This document shows positions 37,533 to 45,080 of a stretch of DNA of 53,031 bases, piece after piece. The DNA is taken from NCBI GenBank assembly GCA_017610175.1, contig JAFCCO010000010.1, positions 1-53,031 of the forward strand, read 5' to 3'. This DNA is from Candidatus Iainarchaeum sp. Lineage in GTDB: Archaea; Iainarchaeota; Iainarchaeia; Iainarchaeales; GCA-2688035. Positions within the stretch are counted from its first letter, which is position 1; each line of letters begins with the position of its first letter. The translations under genes were made by a program, and so were the position numbers. The notes under the pieces were generated by a model, which was not told where the DNA came from, ran no database searches, and worked only from the letters and a program-made list of their open reading frames with translations.

Positions 37533-37669
37533 ACTCAAACTATTTTTTTTAAGCCCAATACCGCGTTTTTTTAACCTTAATGCCGAGAAGTCTATAACCT
37601 GAACTATGTTAGGTTATAGATGAATTGGCACACCTAATAAACCTTTCGGAACACAATATTAGTGGTAAT

Positions 37670-38077
37670 ATGGCTTATAAATTTGATAAAAATGCCCACT
37701 CAGTATATGCGTTGCACTACCATTTTGTGCAATGTATAAAATACAGAAAAAAAGTCTTGGACTTTCCTGAAATAATAAATGAGTTGAAAGAAAGAACCCA
37801 CAAAATATCTGAAAGTTATGGCGTGGAGATAACCACTATGGAAACAGATTTAGACCACATCCATATTTTGTTCAAAGCAAAACCACAAACAGACCTTATA
37901 AAATTTATCAATAACTGGAAAAGTGCAACATCAAAAGTCCTGCAAAACAGATTTTCCAAAAGAATAAAGAGCAAACTATGGAAAGGGGTTTTTTGGAGTG
38001 GAAGTTATTGCCTGATAACAACAGGACAAACAACACTCGAACAAGTAAAAAAATATGTAGAGGGACAAGGAAAATGA
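37670..38077 (+). CDS. tnpA: IS200 Y1 HUH transposase
   Basis: HYHFV..KYR, DHIHIL (HUH), FWS.SY, catalytic KYVEGQ. Confidence 0.95.
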   Translation: MAYKFDKNAHSVYALHYHFVQCIKYRKKVLDFPEIINELKERTHKISESYGVEITTMETDLDHIHILFKAKPQTDLIKFINNWKSATSKVLQNRFSKRIKSKLWKGVFWSGSYCLITTGQTTLEQVKKYVEGQGK

Positions 38078-39246
38078 AAGCCTACAAATACCGTATCTAT
38101 CCAACCAAAAACCAAGCGATTGAGATAGACCTACAAACAGAAAAATGCAGACAATTATACAACAAACTCCTTGCCTTGAAAAAAGACACTTATAAAGACA
38201 AAGGCGTAACTCTGTCAAGAAAAGACTTGTATAGGGAAGTAAAAGGAAATAAAGAAGCCTATTCTCAAGTCAGCCAGAATGTTGCAGACAGAATAAACAA
38301 AGCCTACGGAAACTTCTTTGCAAGAGTAAAGCGTGGCGAAAGAAAAAAAGGCTTTCCAAGGTTCAAAAAATACGGCAAATACGCCAGTATCACTTTCCCA
38401 CAAATAGTAAATCCAGAAAAGATTGGCAAAAAAACAAACTTTCCAAAAATAGGGTGGCTGAACACAATATATCATCGCCCAATAACTGGAACGCCAAAAA
38501 CACTCACAATCAAAAAAGCCAAAAGCGGAAAATACTTCATCACAATCTCCTGTGCCAATCCAAAAACAGAAACGCTAAAACATGGCAAAGGCGAAATTGG
38601 AATAGACCTTGGACTAAATCATTTTGTTGCAACAAGCGATGGCGAGTTCTTCGACCATCCAAAACCAATGAAAGGAATAGCAAAGAAAAGAAAAGCACTG
38701 GCAAAACAATTCAGCAAAACACACAAACGAAGCAACAACAGAAACAAAGCAAGGGTTAGGCTGGCAAGAACAGATGAAAAAATAGCCAACATTCGAAACG
38801 ACTACGGCTGGAAACTATGCAAAACACTTATCCAAAAACACGAAACAATATACCTAGAAAACCTAAATGCCCGAGGAATGGTCAAAAACCATCAACTCGC
38901 AGGGGCAATCACAGATGTATCTTGGAGTGATTTCACAAACAAACACCCCTACAAGGCTGAAAGTGCCGGTGGAAAAGTATTGAAAGTGAACCCAAAAAAC
39001 ACATCACAAATGTGTAGCGGTTGTGGGGATATTGTCAAAAAAACACTGGCAATAAGAACACACAACTGCCCCAACTGCGGTCTAAAAATAGACAGGGATA
39101 TAAACGCATCAATAAACATTCTTACAAAAGGTAAGATAGGGCTGGGACAGCCCGAATGCAAGCCTGAAAGAGATGAAGCCAATACTGACGGCATAAGCCC
39201 GAAGCAAGCCTTGTCAATGAAACAGGAAGCCATAATCTCAACATAA
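38074..39246 (+). CDS. tnpB: TnpB RNA-guided endonuclease
   Basis: MKAYKYRIYPT, GIDLG, YLENL, CSGC/CPNC zinc finger, DRDINAS; ATGA overlap with tnpA. Confidence 0.95.
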   Translation: MKAYKYRIYPTKNQAIEIDLQTEKCRQLYNKLLALKKDTYKDKGVTLSRKDLYREVKGNKEAYSQVSQNVADRINKAYGNFFARVKRGERKKGFPRFKKYGKYASITFPQIVNPEKIGKKTNFPKIGWLNTIYHRPITGTPKTLTIKKAKSGKYFITISCANPKTETLKHGKGEIGIDLGLNHFVATSDGEFFDHPKPMKGIAKKRKALAKQFSKTHKRSNNRNKARVRLARTDEKIANIRNDYGWKLCKTLIQKHETIYLENLNARGMVKNHQLAGAITDVSWSDFTNKHPYKAESAGGKVLKVNPKNTSQMCSGCGDIVKKTLAIRTHNCPNCGLKIDRDINASINILTKGKIGLGQPECKPERDEANTDGISPKQALSMKQEAIIST

Positions 39247-39348
39247 GGTGTTAGGTTATGAGTAGTTCACACTCTTGGGTTTTTATATGAGTTTGGCATA
39301 TATTAAATAGTCCGCATTTTGGCGACTGCAAAACAAGGAGGGACTGGA

Positions 39349-40062
39349 TTGGCGCAGAAGAGAAAGTTGAAAATTGAAAGGGTTCCGACAGGAATCAAGG
39401 GATTTGATGAGCTGATTGAGGGAGGAATCCCCAAAAAAGCACTTGTTTTGCTTTCAGGAAGCACGGGAACAGGAAAAAGCACTTTTGCGATGAGCTATCT
39501 TGTGGCAGGCGCAATGCGGGGCGAGTCCTGTGTTTATGTTTCACTTGAGGAAGCCGACGAAGGAAACGAGCTTCAGATGCGTGCATTTAACTGGCCGCTT
39601 GACGAGATGAAGAAAAAGGGCCTGCTCCATGTGGTGCGCCCTGAAATGTACGACTTCAACAGCCTTCTTGCGGAAATTCAGGAAACAATCACAAAGTACA
39701 AGGCAAAAAGGCTTGTGATTGACAGCATCTCACTTATTGGAATGTACTTTAAGGACGAGTTTAAGGTCCGCAGGTCAATTCTTGAGCTTGGGCGCATTCT
39801 CAAACAAGCAGGCTGCACAACACTTGCAACAACCGAGGTTAAAGAGGGGCAGAAAGGGGTCTCACTTTACGGGGTTGAAGAGTTTGTTGCGGACGGGGTA
39901 ATAACAATGCATTTTTTACAGAAGGAAAATGTCTTTAACAGGGCAATCGCGATTAGAAAACTTAGGGCAACAAATCACAGCCTTAGGATCCATCCAATGA
40001 GGATTGCGAAGCCGGACGGAATAATAGTTTACCCTGGCGAAGAGGTTTTCAGCGAAGAATAA
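39349..40062 (+). CDS. KaiC/RAD55-like ATPase
   Basis: TGIKGFDELIEGGIP, GSTGTGKS, LVIDS, EEFVADGVI, KLRATNH; start 39349 or 39319. Confidence 0.92.
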   Translation: MAQKRKLKIERVPTGIKGFDELIEGGIPKKALVLLSGSTGTGKSTFAMSYLVAGAMRGESCVYVSLEEADEGNELQMRAFNWPLDEMKKKGLLHVVRPEMYDFNSLLAEIQETITKYKAKRLVIDSISLIGMYFKDEFKVRRSILELGRILKQAGCTTLATTEVKEGQKGVSLYGVEEFVADGVITMHFLQKENVFNRAIAIRKLRATNHSLRIHPMRIAKPDGIIVYPGEEVFSEE

Positions 40063-40085
40063 TCCGCTTATGGATGTGTTGATTA

Positions 40086-40781
40086 ATGGCAGAGCCGGAG
40101 AGAACAAAGACAGGAGTACCGGGCTTGGACGAGATTATAGGCGGCGGGATACCGCGCGAAAACCTTGTTGTTGTAAGCGGGGATCCCGGAAGCGGAAAAA
40201 CAGGCCTCTGCCTTGAATACCTCTACTTTGGCGCGTTAACTTACGGCGAAACAGGGGTATTTATTTCACTTGAGGAAAGTGAAAAGGAACTTGTCAAACT
40301 TGCGTCATATTTTGGATGGGACTTCCAAAGCCTAATTGACCAAAACAAGGTTGTTTTCATTGCAGTTGAGCTCTACGATTTTGACAAACTCAGGAACACA
40401 ATTGAGGACGCAATAACCAGAATCGGCGCAAAGCGCCTTGTGATTGATCCAGGCGTTGTTTTCAGGCTTTACTTTGAGAGGGAGCTTGATGCAAGAAAAA
40501 GAATCCTTAGCCTGGGGAGAATGCTTAAAAAAAGCGGATGCACTGCAATAATCACAAACGAAATTTCGCTGGACAAGGCAACCAGCCTGTTTGGGCTGGA
40601 GGAATATGTTGCCGACGGCGTAATTCTTTTGTACCACACAAAGCTTGAGGACAGGTTTATCCGAAGCATTGGTGTTCTCAAAATGAGAAGCACAGTCATA
40701 AGCGAAAAACTGCATCCAATAACAATCACAGCGGACGGGTTAAAGGTGCTTGCAAAGCAGGAACTCTTTGAGGACGTGTAA
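40086..40781 (+). CDS. KaiC/RAD55-like ATPase
   Basis: TGVPGLDEIIGGGIP, GDPGSGKT, EEYVADGVI, LKMRST. Confidence 0.92.
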   Translation: MAEPERTKTGVPGLDEIIGGGIPRENLVVVSGDPGSGKTGLCLEYLYFGALTYGETGVFISLEESEKELVKLASYFGWDFQSLIDQNKVVFIAVELYDFDKLRNTIEDAITRIGAKRLVIDPGVVFRLYFERELDARKRILSLGRMLKKSGCTAIITNEISLDKATSLFGLEEYVADGVILLYHTKLEDRFIRSIGVLKMRSTVISEKLHPITITADGLKVLAKQELFEDV

Positions 40782-40785
40782 AAAA

Positions 40786-41409
40786 ATGGTTGAGGGAAGG
40801 AAAAAGGAAAGTATTGACGATTTGATGAAGCTTCTTGACCCGAAGAGAAAGCTCGATGTACTGGTAACAAAAACATTTGAACTTTTGCCCAAAGGATTCT
40901 GCATAATCCTTGTTGAAAACATGTCAAACTACAACACAATCAATACGCGTGTTGCAAAATACTTTGTTGACAAGGGAATGCACGGAATCTATGTGACCGT
41001 AAACAAGAACATAGATGAGCTTGTTAACGCCCTTGAACAGGAAAAAGTTAATATTGAGGGAATTCAGTTCATTGACACGGTGACAAAGATGGCAAGTGAC
41101 AATGAACGGGAGGGCCCGAATTTTTATTACCTTGACTCCCCAAAAGACATGCTTGGCTTAAGTGTGACGGTTGAAAAGGCAATGGCTGCCGTTAAGTCAA
41201 AGGAAAAATTTCTCATTCTTGATTCATTAACAACACTTCTTGTGTACAACAAAGAGGGTTCGGTTGACAAGTTTGTGCACTCGCTTGCAAGCAAGGTTAA
41301 GGCCTGGAATGCAAACGGGGTGTTCATTTTGATGGACACAGCAGACAAGCAAACAATAAGCACTCTTGCGCAGTTTTGTGACGAGGTTGTAAAATTCAGG
41401 ACAACTTGA
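40786..41409 (+). CDS. Degenerate KaiC-like (RecA-fold) protein lacking Walker A
   Basis: GIYVTVNK, FIDTV, LILDSLTTLL, QFCDEVV; no GxxGxGK. Confidence 0.78.
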   Translation: MVEGRKKESIDDLMKLLDPKRKLDVLVTKTFELLPKGFCIILVENMSNYNTINTRVAKYFVDKGMHGIYVTVNKNIDELVNALEQEKVNIEGIQFIDTVTKMASDNEREGPNFYYLDSPKDMLGLSVTVEKAMAAVKSKEKFLILDSLTTLLVYNKEGSVDKFVHSLASKVKAWNANGVFILMDTADKQTISTLAQFCDEVVKFRTT

Positions 41410-42688
41410 TTTTGACTTCCTGCCCCGATATTTTTGAAAGCAGGTTCTCCGACTCATTCAAAAATTCAGAAAGCTCTTTATCCCGCTCTTTTAGCAAACT
41501 ATTGCCTCGCTCCGCTGCTTTCCCAATGGGTTCTCGTTCCCTTTCCTTGCCCAAAATAATTTTTTCAAGGGCGTTTGCCTCTGCAACGGCTTTGTTTGCA
41601 TGGATTTCACGGTCGATTGCGTTAATTGCGGCATCAATTTCATTGAACTCCCAAAAAACCTTTGAAAAAAAGTTGAATGCAAGCAGCTCATTTATTGCCG
41701 CAATTTTTTTCTCCCGTTCCTTTTCCTTCAGCTCAACCGCGCCACTTTCAACAGCACTCTTAAGCTCCTGCAAAAGCTCCTTAATCAATTCTCCCTTTGG
41801 GTCTTTTTTGAGCAGCTGCAGGGGGTTTCTTTCAAGCTGCTCTAACGCCTGCTTTAACTCTGCCCTGATTATGATGCGTTTGCTTGAAACAGCCCCCAAA
41901 AAGCGCTTAAGCGGCTTGTCGATTGCGGAAATAAGCGAAACAAGCTCTGTTTTTTTTCCCTGCCTTGAGTTTGCAAGCTCTGCCTTCTTTTCCTCAAGCA
42001 AGTCAAGCTCTCTGAATTTGTCTGATTCCCTAAGTTCCGCAAGCTTTTTTGCAAGCGACTTTTCCTCAGCCCCAACCTTTTCAAGCGCCTTTTTTGAATC
42101 TGCCTTTGCCTTCTCGGATTCCGCAATTTTTGCCCGCGATTCATTGATTTCCTTTGCAAGCTCTTTGATGCGTGTTTCCGCAAAAACAGATTCAGAGTGC
42201 TCCAGAATTTCACCAAGCTGCTTTAGCTCTTCATTAAGTTCCTTGAACAGCTTGCCCATTTTCTTCATATTTTCCTTCAGGTAAATTCCTGTGTAAGCAA
42301 TGCTTTTTCCGCCCCGCGAAACTTCCTTTGTTATCTCATTCCTTGCCCTTTCAGTGTATTTCTTTGCGGAAGCGGCATCAATTGAGGCAGGCGGAGCGAT
42401 TTTGTCAAAAAGGGTTGACAGCTTTGAAACAGCCTGTTCCTTTGAGGTTCCCACAATTTTCTTAAGCCTTACATTTCCCCCGTCAACACTGCTTTGCTTA
42501 ATCTGCTTGATTTCCTGCCTTGCCTCGCCAATTATGTGCTTTATCTGGCTGAAGCTGTTTGCAATAGCCCTTTCCGCATTTTCCCTGCTTTTGGCCGCAT
42601 TCTTCTCCGCAAATTCAGGCATGTCTTCAAGGGCAATTTCCTTCTTTGCCCTCTTCTTTTCCCCTAAAAGCTTGCTCCAAAAACCCAT
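41396..42688 (-). CDS. Coiled-coil hypothetical protein
   Basis: E/K/L-rich heptads; N-terminal MGFWSKLLGEKK. Confidence 0.85.
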   Translation of the reverse strand: MGFWSKLLGEKKRAKKEIALEDMPEFAEKNAAKSRENAERAIANSFSQIKHIIGEARQEIKQIKQSSVDGGNVRLKKIVGTSKEQAVSKLSTLFDKIAPPASIDAASAKKYTERARNEITKEVSRGGKSIAYTGIYLKENMKKMGKLFKELNEELKQLGEILEHSESVFAETRIKELAKEINESRAKIAESEKAKADSKKALEKVGAEEKSLAKKLAELRESDKFRELDLLEEKKAELANSRQGKKTELVSLISAIDKPLKRFLGAVSSKRIIIRAELKQALEQLERNPLQLLKKDPKGELIKELLQELKSAVESGAVELKEKEREKKIAAINELLAFNFFSKVFWEFNEIDAAINAIDREIHANKAVAEANALEKIILGKEREREPIGKAAERGNSLLKERDKELSEFLNESENLLSKISGQEVKIKLS

Positions 42689-42785
42689 GTTTAAATTAAT
42701 GCAGCCAGATTATTTAAACAAATGGATTAGTGGAAAACAGCACTATGCAAAGTGCTTTAAATATCTCGGAGCCCAATCAATTTGA

Positions 42786-43445
42786 ATGATTGACTTTGAC
42801 AAAATGATTGACAACCACATTGCGCGCGAATTCCGCGCAAAAACTGTGGGGCGGTACTACCCGAGCGAGATTGGGGGCTGCATTAGAAAGGTCTGGTACG
42901 GCTACAAGCACCCGCTGCAGGTAAAGCCGGATTTGGCAAAAATATTCAGGCTCGGCGACATAATGCACGATTTTGTCGTGGATGTTTTAAAAAGTGAGAA
43001 AAATACAAATGTTGAGCTGCTTAAAAGCGAGTTCCCCTTCAAGCTTGAGGGAGACGGTTTCCTAATTTCAGGCAGGGTGGACGACTTAATTATTGTGAAC
43101 GAAAGCGGAAAAAGCTGGATTGTGGAGGTTAAAAGCACAAAGAGCGTTGATTACATAAAAGAACCCGACCCAAAATATGTTACACAACTGCAGCTTTACC
43201 TGCATGCGACAGGAATCCACAACGGAATGATTCTCTACGTTGACAAAACAAACCTGAAAAGCAAGATATTTGTGGAAAACTATGATCCTGCAAAGGCCGC
43301 AGATGCGCTTGAAAGGTTTTCACAGCTTCACCAGCTCTTAACCCAAAATCTTTTGCCTGTTGCCGAGGCAAAGAAGAAGGACTCAACCGCCTGGCTATGC
43401 AACTACTGTGAGTATTCAGATAAATGCGGCAAAAACGAAGAGTAA
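42786..43445 (+). CDS. Solo Cas4-like PD-(D/E)xK nuclease with Fe-S motif
   Basis: PSEIGGC.RK, G..H, GRVD, VEVKS, QLQLY, CxxC-x5-C. Confidence 0.88.
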   Translation: MIDFDKMIDNHIAREFRAKTVGRYYPSEIGGCIRKVWYGYKHPLQVKPDLAKIFRLGDIMHDFVVDVLKSEKNTNVELLKSEFPFKLEGDGFLISGRVDDLIIVNESGKSWIVEVKSTKSVDYIKEPDPKYVTQLQLYLHATGIHNGMILYVDKTNLKSKIFVENYDPAKAADALERFSQLHQLLTQNLLPVAEAKKKDSTAWLCNYCEYSDKCGKNEE

Positions 43446-43505
43446 CTTCTACATAATCCTTTTGTTTTTAAAACACATTTCCCCCTATTTAAATCAGGTG
43501 CTTCA

Positions 43506-44570
43506 ATGGAAATAAAGCAATTTTTGAAGGAAAAAAAGCCGCTCATAGATGCGGAAATGGAGAAGGTCTTTCCCCGAAAAGCATCCAGGGGATGGCTTGA
43601 TTTTGCGCTTGGAACGGCAGCTTATGCCTATGATTCGGAAACAATCACAAAAAGCATGTCTGAACCCATCTGGGAGTACCTTGATCGGGGCGGAAAAAGA
43701 TGGCGCCCAGGGCTTTGCCTGCTTGCGTGCGCAGCAGTTTCAGGTTCTGAAGAAAAAGCACTTCCCTTCTCAACAATTGTTGAGCTTGTTCACACTGGAA
43801 CGCTTTGCTGTGACGACGTGGAAGACGACAGCAAGCTTAGGCGGGGGAAACCGTGCATGCACCTTATTCACGGAGTGGACATTGCAGTAAACAACGGATG
43901 CGCACTTTATTTTATCCCGCTAACAATTCTTTACAGAAACACCGAAAACATTTCTCAGGAGCAGATTGTAAAAATTTACAACCTCTACGGCGAGGAAATG
44001 CTTCGCGTTTCAACAGGCCAGGCAATGGATATACTCTGGCACAAGGGAAACAAGGAAGACATTTCCGAACAGGAGTATTTGCAGATGGTTGCCTACAAAA
44101 CAGGCGTTCTAGCGCGCTTTGCCGCAAGGCTTGGGGCAATAATCGGAAACGCTTCCCCTGAACAAATCGAAGCGCTTGGAAAGTTTGGGGAGGCAATCGG
44201 AGTTGGTTTCCAAATTCAGGACGACCTCCTTGAATTGACCGGAGAGGAATTCAAGAAGGGAAAGGGATCAGCGGGCGGGGACATTCACGAGGGCAAGCGA
44301 AGCCTTCTGGTAATAAAAACACTTGCCACAGCAGTACCTGTTGACAAAAAAAGGCTTCTTGAAATCCTCAACAGGCACACAACCGATGAGAAAGAAATTG
44401 TAGAGGCAGTTGAACTTATTAAAAAGTACGGCGCAATAGAGTACGCTGCAAAGAGGGCTAAGGAAATTGTTGAAGCCTCCTGGAAAGAGCTTGACAAGGC
44501 ACTGCCTGAATCGGGCGCAAAAGCCACTCTGAAAAGCCTTGCAGACTACTGCACCGAAAGGCAGATTTGA
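43506..44570 (+). CDS. Polyprenyl diphosphate synthase
   Basis: GGKRWRP, DDVED..LRRG, GQAMD, KTG, FQIQDDLL. Confidence 0.93.
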   Translation: MEIKQFLKEKKPLIDAEMEKVFPRKASRGWLDFALGTAAYAYDSETITKSMSEPIWEYLDRGGKRWRPGLCLLACAAVSGSEEKALPFSTIVELVHTGTLCCDDVEDDSKLRRGKPCMHLIHGVDIAVNNGCALYFIPLTILYRNTENISQEQIVKIYNLYGEEMLRVSTGQAMDILWHKGNKEDISEQEYLQMVAYKTGVLARFAARLGAIIGNASPEQIEALGKFGEAIGVGFQIQDDLLELTGEEFKKGKGSAGGDIHEGKRSLLVIKTLATAVPVDKKRLLEILNRHTTDEKEIVEAVELIKKYGAIEYAAKRAKEIVEASWKELDKALPESGAKATLKSLADYCTERQI

Positions 44571-44638
44571 AGGCGTCTGGAGGAATTAAAACAAAAAAGC
44601 GCTTGCGCGAAAGCCAAGCAAAATTGGAGGAAAAGAAC

Positions 44639-45037
44639 ATGAAAATTCCCGAAAACATCCAGAAAACAATTTCAACGCAGGACCTGCATCTCATTGCGAC
44701 AGCCGATTTGGCCGGAAAGCCAAATTTGATTTATGTAAAGTTTCTCAAGGTTTACAACGACCGGCAATTGCTGATTGCAAACAACAAGTTTTTCAAAACC
44801 CAGAAAAATCTTGCCGCAAACCCTAAAATGTCAGTCCTTGTTTTGGACAAGGAAACCGGAAAATCATACCAGCTAAAGGGCGGTACCGAAACCCACGGGG
44901 ACGGCAGTGTTTTTGAAGACTGCGCAAAATGGGTTGGGGAAGAGAGGATTAAGGAATCCAAGCCCGAAATGGTCCCAAAGGCAGCAGTGGTTTTGAGCGT
45001 TGAAGAAATCTACTGCGGTGCAAAAAAAATAGAATAA
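44639..45037 (+). CDS. Pyridoxamine 5'-phosphate oxidase-like FMN-binding protein
   Basis: IATAD..GKPN, KT.KNL..NP, YQLKG; GGAGG SD. Confidence 0.85.
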   Translation: MKIPENIQKTISTQDLHLIATADLAGKPNLIYVKFLKVYNDRQLLIANNKFFKTQKNLAANPKMSVLVLDKETGKSYQLKGGTETHGDGSVFEDCAKWVGEERIKESKPEMVPKAAVVLSVEEIYCGAKKIE

Positions 45038-45080
45038 AATTAAAAAAAAAGAAATAAAAGAAAAGGGAATTTTTTCCCCT

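Larger units (their letters stand above)
37581..39270 (+). mobile_element. IS200/IS605-family insertion sequence (tnpA + tnpB)
   Basis: Left subterminal hairpin 37591-37620; right hairpin about 39230-39260 ending AGTAGTTCAC; both share TGTTAGGTTAT; A-rich composition; exact left boundary uncertain. Confidence 0.9.

Noticed and set aside
39349-40781. Circadian clock (kaiABC) or radA
   Set aside because: Single-domain proteins with no kaiA or kaiB, and no RadA N-terminal HhH domain.
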